A stretch of DNA of 60,764 bases, the filler included. It is 3 parts of 3 records of this genome, joined end to end, with 100 filler letters (N's around TTAATTAATTAA, not from the genome) between each part and the next. Parts side by side here need not be neighbours in the genome. Positions count along the whole stretch, not along the records: positions 1 to 28,147 come from SRR20825006_467; 2 more parts are not named here. One strand, written 5' to 3'. Shown one piece after another: positions 8,289-17,721 of the stretch. Position 1 is the first letter of the stretch; the number at the start of each line of letters is the position of its first letter. The position numbers and the translations under genes are program-made. The notes under the pieces are model-generated. The model saw nothing but the letters and a program-made list of their open reading frames with translations, did not search any database and had not been told where the DNA came from.

Positions 8289-10793
8289 TCACATCCGGCT
8301 TTTACCCCGACGCGTCGGTTCGGCCTGCAACGGGTCGTCGGGCCAGTAATGTTTGGGATACCGTCCCTTCATCTCGGCCTTGACCTGCGCATAGGAGCCG
8401 TTCCAGAACCCCACCAGATCAGACGTCACCTGAAGCGGCCTTTGCGCTGGCGACAGCAGATGCAACGTTACCGCCACCTTACCACCAGCAATTTTGGGAG
8501 TTTCGGTCGCGCCAAACATTTCCTGCAACCGGACAGGAAGCCCTGGTGTTTCGCCACTATAATCAATGCGGATGTGTGACCCGGTTGGCACGGTCCAGTG
8601 GGTCGGTGCCAGACGATCAAGCTCTTGGCGCCTGTTCCAGTCAATGCCTGATACCAATGCCTCGGCCAAATTGACCTGTTTAAGCTGGCTGCGTTTATTG
8701 ATCCCGCCAAGATATGGCATCAGCCAATCCTCAAGCGATGCCAAAAGCGCATCGTCGCTCATGTCGGGCCAGTTTTCCGGATCAACCCGGTGCAGGAACG
8801 CGATCCGTTCGCGCAGTCCCTCGGCCGCCTTGTCCCAAGGCAAACAATGCAGGCCAAGACGACGAATGCCTTCGATCATCGCGGCCGCAATGGCATCAGG
8901 TCCGGCTTCGTCACGGGTGGTCTTTTCGTCAAGCACCAGCGCCCCGATCCGCCGTTGCCAGCGCGCCTGCACCGCATCGCTTTGCGCATCCCAGAAGACC
9001 TCTGTCCCTTCGGAAATCTGATCGGCGAAATGGGTTTCAAGGCTCGCGCGCGATAACGGTGCGGCAAGGTAAATCCTTGCCTCTCGTGCCTGTCCGTCAA
9101 GCTCCGCCACCGCGATATAGGGTTCGCTCGCCAACCCATCATCGTTCGCCAGAATCCCGCCACGCCCACCCGACAGACGATACCGCGCATCAGTCCCCTT
9201 GCGCCGTTCGCCAATCCGGTCGGGATAGGCAAAGGCCAGAAGCAACCCGACCTGATCGGCATGATCAACAGGATCAGCGGGGTTATGACTACCCGCTTTG
9301 CTGGCCTCTTTCTTCGCGGCATCACCCAATCGCCGCGAAAGCTGCCTTGCGGCCTCGGTGATCATTTTCGGGGCCTTGCGGGCCAAAATCGCCTCTACCC
9401 TAAGCCGTAAATCCGCGCCGCGACCGCGCATGAAATCCCGATCCGATAACAATGCCGCCAGCGCACAGGCAACCTCACCCAGTCCAAGGCGCGCCCCACG
9501 CAACATCATATGCGCCAAGCGTGGATGCACCGGCAATCCGGCCATCGCGGTGCCCATCGGCGTGATCCGGTTGGCATCGTCAATCGCCTCAAGCCGCCTC
9601 AACACATCGCGCGCCTGATCGATCTTTGCCCCGTCGGGCTGATCCAGCCACGGCAGGCTTGCCGGATCAGACACGCCCCACTGCGCGAGTTCCAACGTCA
9701 GCGGCGCAAGATCGGCATCGGCAATTTCCGGTGCGGTAAAGGGCGGGCGGGCACGATGTTCGGCTTCCGCCCACAGGCGATAACACACGCCGGGCTCTAA
9801 CCGCCCCGCACGGCCACGGCGTTGTTCAGCACTGGCCTGCGATGATTTGACCGTCACCAGCCGCGTCATGCCCGATGCCGGGTTAAACCTCGGCAAACGC
9901 TGCAACCCGCAATCCACCACCACCCGAATGCCATCTATCGTCAATGACGTTTCGGCAATCGCAGTCGCCAGCACCACCTTGCGCATGCCATCTGGTGCGG
10001 GCTCAATCGCAATATCCTGTGCCCTGGTTTCCATCGCGCCATAAAGCGGCGCAATGATCACCGATGGATCAAGCCCATCTTTCAACGCCACCTCAACCCG
10101 CGTGATTTCCCCCTGCCCGGGCAGGAAGGTCAGGATCGACCCGCTTTCCTCGCGAAGTGCCAACCGGATCGCCGCCGTCATTTCCCGATCAATCCACGCA
10201 TCAGGGCGGATCGGGATATATTTTGTTTCAACCGGGAAAGCGCGGCCTTCGCTGGTGATCACCGGGCAACAGCCCATCAGAGCCGCAATCGGATCACCAT
10301 CAAGGGTTGCCGACATTACGACAATGCGCAAATCATCGCGAAGGGCTGCCTGCGTTTCCAGTGCCAATGCCAACCCCAGATCGGCATCCAGCGACCTTTC
10401 GTGAAATTCATCAAAAATCACGCAACCAATGCCTGACAGTTCCGGATCATTCTGAATCATGCGCACCAGAATACCCTCGGTCACGACCTCAATCCGGGTG
10501 CTGGTGGAAACCTTGCTGTCAAACCGCACGCGATAGCCGACCGTCTCACCAACGCTTTCGCCCAATAACTGCGCCATCCGGCGCGCCGCTGCCCGTGCGG
10601 CCAGCCGCCGGGGCTCCAGCATCACGATCTTCTGGTCATTCCGCCATGCACTTTCCAGCAATGCCAAGGGCACCTTGGTCGTTTTCCCGGCCCCCGGCGG
10701 GGCCTGCAAAACCGCATTGGTACCGGTTTCCAGCACGGCACAAAGGTCGGGCAGAACCGCATCAATCGGAAGGATGGGGAAGGCTTTGGGCAT
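8289..10793 (-). CDS. hrpB: ATP-dependent RNA helicase HrpB
   Basis: APPGAGKTT, DEFHERS, MSAT, QRRGRAGR, C-terminal GRYPKHYWPDDP. Confidence 0.95.
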   Translation of the reverse strand: MPKAFPILPIDAVLPDLCAVLETGTNAVLQAPPGAGKTTKVPLALLESAWRNDQKIVMLEPRRLAARAAARRMAQLLGESVGETVGYRVRFDSKVSTSTRIEVVTEGILVRMIQNDPELSGIGCVIFDEFHERSLDADLGLALALETQAALRDDLRIVVMSATLDGDPIAALMGCCPVITSEGRAFPVETKYIPIRPDAWIDREMTAAIRLALREESGSILTFLPGQGEITRVEVALKDGLDPSVIIAPLYGAMETRAQDIAIEPAPDGMRKVVLATAIAETSLTIDGIRVVVDCGLQRLPRFNPASGMTRLVTVKSSQASAEQRRGRAGRLEPGVCYRLWAEAEHRARPPFTAPEIADADLAPLTLELAQWGVSDPASLPWLDQPDGAKIDQARDVLRRLEAIDDANRITPMGTAMAGLPVHPRLAHMMLRGARLGLGEVACALAALLSDRDFMRGRGADLRLRVEAILARKAPKMITEAARQLSRRLGDAAKKEASKAGSHNPADPVDHADQVGLLLAFAYPDRIGERRKGTDARYRLSGGRGGILANDDGLASEPYIAVAELDGQAREARIYLAAPLSRASLETHFADQISEGTEVFWDAQSDAVQARWQRRIGALVLDEKTTRDEAGPDAIAAAMIEGIRRLGLHCLPWDKAAEGLRERIAFLHRVDPENWPDMSDDALLASLEDWLMPYLGGINKRSQLKQVNLAEALVSGIDWNRRQELDRLAPTHWTVPTGSHIRIDYSGETPGLPVRLQEMFGATETPKIAGGKVAVTLHLLSPAQRPLQVTSDLVGFWNGSYAQVKAEMKGRYPKHYWPDDPLQAEPTRRGKSRM

Positions 10794-10860
10794 GAACTGG
10801 ACTAACAACTACGGCAAGGGCCGGACATTACTGAAGGATTTCATCAAAAGCGCAACAAAA

Positions 10861-11247
10861 TCAGACCAAACGTACCGGCCCCGCATATTTCGCGACCAGA
10901 TCATCCGATGTCAGAAGCATTATCCCTTCCGATATCGCCTGAGCAACCAGAAGCCGATCAAACGGATCCTTGTGAATAGACGGTAAAGTATCGATCATAA
11001 GCGTATGTTCGCCAATGATCGGCAATTCGGAGTATCCATTATCAATTAACCCTCGACGCAATAGCCGGGCATTCACCCGAAAATCATCTCGCCCCAGCCC
11101 GGACTTGATTGCGATTTCCCAAAGACTGACCGCGCTGAAAAGCAATTCGCTCTCCGCGTTTTCGATCAGATCAACTGCGCCAGATGGAAGCTTTTCCGGT
11201 TCTCCTGCCGCCCAAAGGATCAAGTGCGTATCGAGCAAAAGCTTCAT
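10861..11247 (-). CDS. vapC: Type II toxin, VapC/PIN domain
   Basis: LLLDTH, SLWEIAIK, HKDPFDRLLVAQA, TSD. Confidence 0.93.
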   Translation of the reverse strand: MKLLLDTHLILWAAGEPEKLPSGAVDLIENAESELLFSAVSLWEIAIKSGLGRDDFRVNARLLRRGLIDNGYSELPIIGEHTLMIDTLPSIHKDPFDRLLVAQAISEGIMLLTSDDLVAKYAGPVRLV

Positions 11248-11486
11248 CAGCGCAGACCAAACATTTCTTCGATCTCGTCCGATCCCATTCTGTCGAAATC
11301 GTCCGGAACCAGAATTTCACCGCGAAGGAATCCCGTCCGTTTGGCAAGGGATTTCTCGGGATCAAACGCAGACATCTGAACGACCGGTTTTCCTGCCTTA
11401 GCAATCACAAGATCCTCGCCGTTCATTACCCTTGCAATCAACCGGGACAGGTGTGTTTTGGCCTCATGAATGTTAACGGTTCCCAT
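11247..11486 (-). CDS. Type II antitoxin, Phd/YefM family
   Basis: VNIHEAKTHLSRLI..V.NGEDLVIAKAGKPV; stop/start overlap with the toxin. Confidence 0.92.
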   Translation of the reverse strand: MGTVNIHEAKTHLSRLIARVMNGEDLVIAKAGKPVVQMSAFDPEKSLAKRTGFLRGEILVPDDFDRMGSDEIEEMFGLR

Positions 11487-11502
11487 CGCGCACCTCAAAT
11501 AT

Positions 11503-11520
11503 GACTAAGTTAACTTAGTC
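11503..11520. promoter_or_regulatory. TA operator palindrome
   Basis: Perfect 18-bp palindrome GACTAAGTTAACTTAGTC about 17 bp upstream of the antitoxin ATG. Confidence 0.75.
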
Positions 11521-11556
11521 TATCTTATATTTATCGAATTCGCAGCAAAAAGCGAA

Positions 11557-12888
11557 CTACTCCTGCTCGTGCAAGAATTGCACCGGCCCTGTCCTCAAAA
11601 CAAGTCCCCGCTCCCCGCCAATCCGTTGCAGGGTTTTAAGCCCGCGCGTCAGCCTATAAAGCGCATCCATATCGCCGCTTACCCGCATTTTCTGCGCTTC
11701 GATCCGGGTCACTTTAAACAAGTCGCGAAACGCCTCTTCGGAAAGCACACGAAGGGCTTCCTCCTTCTCCAGCCGGGTCGGATCGGGATGCTCGAAAGTT
11801 AACGGCAACAAAAGGTTCAATATGTTTTCCATCGCCGCCTTTTCTATCACAATCGACAATGCCCAGACCATCCATGCCTGAGTCCAGCGCATATAATTAC
11901 GCCGATCCACGCCAAACCGCCCAAGACCGGCATAAAAAACACCGCGCTTTGCATCAAACAATGCTTCACACGCCCAATCCGCAATCTTCTTTGCCGCGGG
12001 AAGATCACCAAACCGGCAAAGTGTCCCGATGGCTTGTGCCACCGCATGACAATCAACATACCCGTCCCGCTTGGCAAAGCTGCGCGGGCGGCCATTAGTG
12101 TCAAAACATTCCGCACGGTAAAATGCATAGCCACGCATGATCGCGTCATCCAACCCGACCATCCCCGATGCCCGGAACCGATCCAGCAGATCAAGGATGT
12201 AACCGGTATGAAAGCCATCAACAAAGCGATGATGCGACCGCGTGCCATATTCCCACGCCCCATCGAAACGCTGCGCGGCCAGAACCCGCGCAACCGCCTT
12301 CCGGCTTATTTCATTACCCGGATCAATGCGATGCAATGTCCAGGCGGTCCAAAGGCTGGCATTATGGATTTCCCTATCCCCCTGCCCGACATAGACAAAA
12401 TACCCATCACGCCAAAGCCCACGCAAAAATCCCGCCGCCCGATGCAATACCGGGTCGCTTGGTGCCATACCGCCAGTCATCAACGCATCAACCGCAAAGC
12501 TTGTGACAATCGCATTGGACGCACCGCGCGGCACATAGAAGGCGCGTGCCTGCCACGCAAACGGATATCCCCAACCACCGTCCTCGTTTTGCATCTGGCA
12601 AAGCCTGCCCGCCACATCGCGAAGCCGTACCCCATCAGCCGCCCCCAGAAGCAACGCCAACGTTTTCGGGTTTTGCAATGCCGGGATGATCGCAATATGG
12701 CGTAATGCCCGTGGTCCACGCTTAATCGCCTGCAACCAAGTCAGCCGCGCCATCCGAAACCGCCCCAAGCCGCTTAAACGGAACACCCCGCTTTCGAGCC
12801 CGTCAAACGGATCGGCCCCGGCAAAGTTGGCGTGAACAATCCCCGCAAGAACACGGTCACGCACCGCAATCAGATCATTGCCTTGCAT
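11557..12888 (-). CDS. EPS-locus alpha/alpha-toroid protein (prenyltransferase/six-hairpin-like) with extra ~91-aa C-terminal domain
   Basis: DPFDGL, GWGYPFAWQAR, DGFHTGY, YMRWTQAW, Q..DG.W repeats; GGAG RBS before ATG 12888. Confidence 0.65.
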   Translation of the reverse strand: MQGNDLIAVRDRVLAGIVHANFAGADPFDGLESGVFRLSGLGRFRMARLTWLQAIKRGPRALRHIAIIPALQNPKTLALLLGAADGVRLRDVAGRLCQMQNEDGGWGYPFAWQARAFYVPRGASNAIVTSFAVDALMTGGMAPSDPVLHRAAGFLRGLWRDGYFVYVGQGDREIHNASLWTAWTLHRIDPGNEISRKAVARVLAAQRFDGAWEYGTRSHHRFVDGFHTGYILDLLDRFRASGMVGLDDAIMRGYAFYRAECFDTNGRPRSFAKRDGYVDCHAVAQAIGTLCRFGDLPAAKKIADWACEALFDAKRGVFYAGLGRFGVDRRNYMRWTQAWMVWALSIVIEKAAMENILNLLLPLTFEHPDPTRLEKEEALRVLSEEAFRDLFKVTRIEAQKMRVSGDMDALYRLTRGLKTLQRIGGERGLVLRTGPVQFLHEQE

Positions 12889-13939
12889 CGGTATTCTCCC
12901 GCATGGCAATCCCCGCCGCCATCCCGCAACAAATCAGGTAATGCCCGTATGACAGTGTATTGTCCGTCACCATCGTCACCACGACTGATGCCAGAACACA
13001 CATCGCCAACCGCGATCCCCGTGCAAACCAGATCAGCATCCCCCAGCCCATCAGCCAAAGGATTGCTCCGATCAATCCCGTCTCGAACAGGATGCGGAAA
13101 TGATCATTATGCAGCGCGCCGAATGCCGCCGCAGACGGCAAATCCTGCAAAATCGCCTCGACACTGCCCGCTCCAAAGCCAAGCCATTGACGTGCGGAGG
13201 ATGCCGTTTGCCAATCATTCCAAAACATCTGCCAGAATGCCAATCGCCCGCTGCCATGCGTCATCAAAAGGCGCGGCAGCCAGATCGTCATCATCACCCC
13301 CACCGCAATCAAAGTCGGCAATCCGAAAAGCCACGTCATCGCTCGCGAAAACCGAACCCGCCCGACAAAGGCGATCATCAGCGCCAAAACCGCAATCCGC
13401 GTCTGGCTCAGGACCACGGCAACCGCGGCAACCCCACCAATCCATCCGCGCGCACGCCTCCGCATCGCGCACGTCAATGCAAACAACCCCAGAAACAGAA
13501 ACGGATGATTAAGCCGCCACCCTTCATGGGTGATCTGAAAAACACTTGCCATCGGCAGATACAAAATCAATGCCGGCACCATCACCCGCAAACAATCCCG
13601 CCCCAGCCATAGGCCGCATATCAGGCCAAGCGGCAGGATCAAAAGATTGCCGATCAGCCGGACTTTCTCATCCGTCCCGCCATCGCCAAGCCCAACAACC
13701 CCGACCAACACGCCCAGCAAAAGCACGGCGACCAATCCATCTCCCGTCAATCGCCCCCGCAAAATCGCAGGCCCAACCCAAATCCCCCAAAACCCGATCA
13801 GGATCAGCTTCGCCAGCATCCCGCCAAACCCGGTCAGCCAAAGCGATGCCAGCATTGCCACAATGCCCAGCAAAAGAACCGGCATGTTTGAGCCCGCCGT
13901 ATCCCCGACCGTGTCCGGCTTTGCGTTCATTTCGGCCAT
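12875..13939 (-). CDS. O-antigen ligase / Wzy-type polymerase family protein
   Basis: Polytopic; SQTR, SGR..FW, GFGAG, LHNDHFRILFETGLIG. Confidence 0.8.
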   Translation of the reverse strand: MAEMNAKPDTVGDTAGSNMPVLLLGIVAMLASLWLTGFGGMLAKLILIGFWGIWVGPAILRGRLTGDGLVAVLLLGVLVGVVGLGDGGTDEKVRLIGNLLILPLGLICGLWLGRDCLRVMVPALILYLPMASVFQITHEGWRLNHPFLFLGLFALTCAMRRRARGWIGGVAAVAVVLSQTRIAVLALMIAFVGRVRFSRAMTWLFGLPTLIAVGVMMTIWLPRLLMTHGSGRLAFWQMFWNDWQTASSARQWLGFGAGSVEAILQDLPSAAAFGALHNDHFRILFETGLIGAILWLMGWGMLIWFARGSRLAMCVLASVVVTMVTDNTLSYGHYLICCGMAAGIAMRENTDARQ

Positions 13940-14019
13940 GAATTGCCCCTGCAACACCCCGCCACACCTCGCGGCGGGACAAATCCGAAAAACTCCGCTA
14001 TCGTGATCAGCTTGAAATC

Positions 14020-15384
14020 ATGGATATTTTCGGAACGCTGATGCAGCGACTGGTGACATTTTGCCTGACATCCCAGATCGTTCTGGCCCCTATCATGCTG
14101 GGCGGCACACGACCTTGGGCGATAGCGGTTTTGACCATCCTGACCGGCATCGGGTTGCTGGCGGCGGGATGGTTCGGCCACGTGAAACTGACCCGACCGA
14201 TCAAACAGGTTGGCATTGCCGGCGCACTCCTGTCTGTATGGCTGGTCGTGCAGGCCGCACCGATCTGGCCAACGCTGCCTGCCCCGTTCAACGCATCGCA
14301 CCTTGCCCTTTACCCAACCGCCTTCCTGCCGATGATCGGCAGTGTTTTGTGGCTGGTCGGTATCTATGTGCTGGCCGCTGGATGCGCGCAAATGCGAGGT
14401 GATAAATTCACCCGAATAATCGCATGGGCCGTGATAATTGCGGCAATTCTGCAAGTCGCACTTGCCTGTCTTGCCGATATCTTCTCGTTTGAAAGCACCT
14501 ATTGGTTTGCCAAGCAGGCCCATCTTGGTGACTGGACCGGAAGCTTTGCCAATCGCAACGCCTTTGGCGGCCTGATGACGATTGCGGCGATCTACGCCCT
14601 TTACCTTTTCTGCGCCAAGGGCACGGCCACAATCGGAAGCCGGATTGATCACGCGGCTGGCTGGATCGCACTTGCACTGATTTTCACATCCGCCCTGTTC
14701 GCCAGCCATTCGCGAAGTGCGGTTCTTGCACTGGCAATTGCCCTCATCACCTTTGCAATCATGCTTCGCCCAAAAGCAGACCGCCTGCTGCCGCGCATCA
14801 CATATCCCGTTCTTGTCGTAGCCTGCGTTACAACTGCCCTGATCGTCATCGCCATGCTCATTCCCGATCTTGGCAATCGCTTTGCCGAACTGGCCCGCCC
14901 CGATCTGATCCAGCGCGATGACGCATGGCACACTGCCATCATCGCCATATCCCATCGCCCATTTACCGGCTTTGGCCCGAACGCGATTGCGCTGGTGATG
15001 GATCATTTCGCAACTCTTGGCCTTAACCGCAAAGCCGCATGGTTCAGCAGCCATAATTTATGGCTTGATGCCGCCCTCATCTTTGGCATTCCCGCAACGC
15101 TGGCGATGGCTGGTTTTATCCTGTATCGGCTGACACGCACTTTCCGAGCAGCCGCAAACCGTCTGGATCGAACGCTTCTGATCAGCCTTGCGGCTCTGAT
15201 CGGTATCATGTCCAGCATCGGCTGGGTCGCGTCGATGCCTGCACTCATTCTGCCCTTCCTGTCCCTTCTGGCCGCGCTTGAAGCAAGGCCGAAAGTACAA
15301 AGCCGCGCAGCATCACAATATCGGAACGGTCCCCGGCAATCCGTGCGGCCCGATCCAGTTCTTCGCCAATCGCCTGCGGATTAA
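14020..15384 (+). CDS. O-antigen ligase family protein
   Basis: GSFANRNAFGG, SHSRSA, RPFTGFG, SHNLWL. Confidence 0.82.
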   Translation: MDIFGTLMQRLVTFCLTSQIVLAPIMLGGTRPWAIAVLTILTGIGLLAAGWFGHVKLTRPIKQVGIAGALLSVWLVVQAAPIWPTLPAPFNASHLALYPTAFLPMIGSVLWLVGIYVLAAGCAQMRGDKFTRIIAWAVIIAAILQVALACLADIFSFESTYWFAKQAHLGDWTGSFANRNAFGGLMTIAAIYALYLFCAKGTATIGSRIDHAAGWIALALIFTSALFASHSRSAVLALAIALITFAIMLRPKADRLLPRITYPVLVVACVTTALIVIAMLIPDLGNRFAELARPDLIQRDDAWHTAIIAISHRPFTGFGPNAIALVMDHFATLGLNRKAAWFSSHNLWLDAALIFGIPATLAMAGFILYRLTRTFRAAANRLDRTLLISLAALIGIMSSIGWVASMPALILPFLSLLAALEARPKVQSRAASQYRNGPRQSVRPDPVLRQSPAD

Positions 15385-15673
15385 AGTCTTGTTGCTGCGC
15401 CCGTGCCAAAGCCCGAAGCGACATCAAAACCGGATCAAACGGCGCATCTATAAGCTCCGCACTCGTCAATATCTCCAAAGCCATCCATTCGCCTGATTTA
15501 AAAGCTGCCGTGACCGCGTGCTGCTTTTCGTAATCGGCAACTCCATCCCCATCACGCAAAGCAGCTTCGATATCCGGCACATTCCGCAAGGCCGCCATCT
15601 CAGCCCCAAGGCGGCCCAAACCGATCCCGATCAAAACCAGCCCGGCAAATATAGGGGTCCGGCGAAAACGCAT
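15245..15673 (-). CDS. Hypothetical protein with N-terminal TM helix
   Basis: Stop/start coupled to wzc at 15673; TM followed by a helical domain. Confidence 0.55.
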   Translation of the reverse strand: MRFRRTPIFAGLVLIGIGLGRLGAEMAALRNVPDIEAALRDGDGVADYEKQHAVTAAFKSGEWMALEILTSAELIDAPFDPVLMSLRALARAQQQDFNPQAIGEELDRAARIAGDRSDIVMLRGFVLSALLQARPEGTGRAE

Positions 15674-17721
15674 CAGGCGTTCTCCGCCCTGTCGGCATTG
15701 TCCCCACCATACGCCGGTCTGCCCCGTGTGGCAGCCAGGACAAGGCCATCGGGCACCAACCCGGCGGCGTTCAACTGACTGATGGCATCGCGCACATCAC
15801 TGCGTTTGCTGTAACCACGGCGCAGCACCAGCAGCCGTGCATCCGCCGCTCCCATCAGCAGTATCGCATCGGCCACCGATAAAACCGGCGGACTATCAAT
15901 CACGATCCGGTCATAACGACCGCCTAGATGATCCAGAACATCCCGTAATCCATTCTGAAGCAAGCCGGTCGCAAAGCTTCCCGGTACGGATGCCCGCGCA
16001 CCGATATAGTCAAAGGATTCGCGATCTTCCCAGCTTTGAATGGCGTCCTCCAACGTCCCTTCACCGGCCAGAGCCGCCGTCAAATCCGACACGTTGCCGA
16101 CACGCGCAAATCCCGCTGGGTGGCGCAGGTCGCCATCAAGCAGAATCGTCTTCATCCCCGCAGTCGCAAAGCTTGTCGCAAGATCACGCGCCAGTCTGCT
16201 TTTGCCTTCGCCAGGCACAGCCGACCCGATGCAACTGACATGGGCGCGACCCGCATGCACGCGCGTTTTGGCAAGGATATTGATCAAAACCGCCAGATGG
16301 CCAACCGCTTCCTCCATCGAAACCGCACTGGCAAAGGGGGCATCAACTTGCGGAGTCCGGGCATAAAGCGGAATACCAAACCGGTCTTCCAACTTCCCGT
16401 CATCATGGATCGCCTGATCGAAATAGTGTCTAAGCATCCCCGCAACAACGGCGGCAAAAAGCGCGACCAGAACTGCCGCCATCCACAAATCGCGCCTGGT
16501 CGGAAACTCCGCCGTTTCAGGCAGGCTTGCGGCCTGCATCACCGTCACATCACTTTGAAATGCAGCCAATGCGATGCGAAGTTCCTGCTCCGTTGTGCCA
16601 AGCGTGTCGGCTTCGCTGCGCATCAGTTCCACCGCGCGCAAAAGGGCGGCCTGCCCCTGTGCCTTTTCATGGCGGACAGTCAATTTTTCCTGCCAGTCAT
16701 CACGCTGGCTTCTGATCACATCATATTGTTTTTGCGCATCTCGCAGATCAAGCGCGATCTTCTCTGCCGCCACCAACACGGCGTCGCGCAGATGCCGCTG
16801 CACGGTTTCAAGTTCACGATGAACAGCAATCATCGCCGGATGCTTGGGACCGTATCGCTGATCCAATGCCGCATGATTTCGACGCACCTCGTCATATTGC
16901 CCAGAAAGCCTTCGAACCGTTTCATTATTGGCAATCGGTGGCAGGGCCAGAAGGGCATCAATCGACTGCGCATTTTTACGCGCATCTGCCATCAGGCGTG
17001 CCCGTTCCAGATCACGCCGCGCAACCTCCAGCATGCCATTCAGTTGATAAATCCGGTCCAGCATCAAACGGCTTTCATCGGGTTCGATAAAGCCTGCCTG
17101 CTGCTGCCACACCGAAAGATCGGTTTCGGCCTGCGCCAGCTTTGCGTTCGCGGCCAAAAGCTGTTCGGACGTTTCCATCAACCTCGCGCGAAGTCCCTGT
17201 TTGCGTGTACTTTCGCGCTGCCAAAGGTAACTGTCGATAACGGCATTCAGGATTTTCTGGCTTTGCGCCGCATCATGATCGGTCACACTAACCTCGATCA
17301 CGGACGCATTGCCAATGCGCACCACCTCGATCCGTGATCGCAGGGCACCAAGTACGCGGTTATCGCCTGCTTCATTTCCCTCACTTCCTTCAATCGCCGG
17401 CACGATCTGAACGCCCTCACCGCGCAGGACCGAAAGTGCGGTTGCCAGTACTTCATTCCCGCGAAGCTCCGTCATTGCGGTTTCCAAATGCTGCGCAACC
17501 CCGCCCCCGTTTATCGGGGCATCTTCGCGATCAATCACAAAGGCAATTTCGGCCACCGAACGATAGGTTGGCATTAGTCGGGGAATAAGAGCCGCGGCCA
17601 CCATCAACACCGCAACAAAAACCAGCATCACAATCCCGCGGCGCTGCCACAGCACCGCGAACAGATCAATCAACGTCAAGTCTGTATCCTTGTCGGTTTG
17701 CAGTTGATCCGAATGCCTCAT
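15673..17721 (-). CDS. wzc: Wzc/GumC polysaccharide co-polymerase with BY-kinase domain
   Basis: Two TMs around a coiled coil, YGPKHP, Walker A PGEGKS, DGDLR, IDSPP. Confidence 0.88.
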   Translation of the reverse strand: MRHSDQLQTDKDTDLTLIDLFAVLWQRRGIVMLVFVAVLMVAAALIPRLMPTYRSVAEIAFVIDREDAPINGGGVAQHLETAMTELRGNEVLATALSVLRGEGVQIVPAIEGSEGNEAGDNRVLGALRSRIEVVRIGNASVIEVSVTDHDAAQSQKILNAVIDSYLWQRESTRKQGLRARLMETSEQLLAANAKLAQAETDLSVWQQQAGFIEPDESRLMLDRIYQLNGMLEVARRDLERARLMADARKNAQSIDALLALPPIANNETVRRLSGQYDEVRRNHAALDQRYGPKHPAMIAVHRELETVQRHLRDAVLVAAEKIALDLRDAQKQYDVIRSQRDDWQEKLTVRHEKAQGQAALLRAVELMRSEADTLGTTEQELRIALAAFQSDVTVMQAASLPETAEFPTRRDLWMAAVLVALFAAVVAGMLRHYFDQAIHDDGKLEDRFGIPLYARTPQVDAPFASAVSMEEAVGHLAVLINILAKTRVHAGRAHVSCIGSAVPGEGKSRLARDLATSFATAGMKTILLDGDLRHPAGFARVGNVSDLTAALAGEGTLEDAIQSWEDRESFDYIGARASVPGSFATGLLQNGLRDVLDHLGGRYDRIVIDSPPVLSVADAILLMGAADARLLVLRRGYSKRSDVRDAISQLNAAGLVPDGLVLAATRGRPAYGGDNADRAENA

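Noticed and set aside
16036-17337. Long antisense ORFs (also 13927-15054, 35234-36334, 38610-39671, 41726-42673)
   Set aside because: Shadow frames of well-supported genes in GC-rich DNA, with no recognisable motifs
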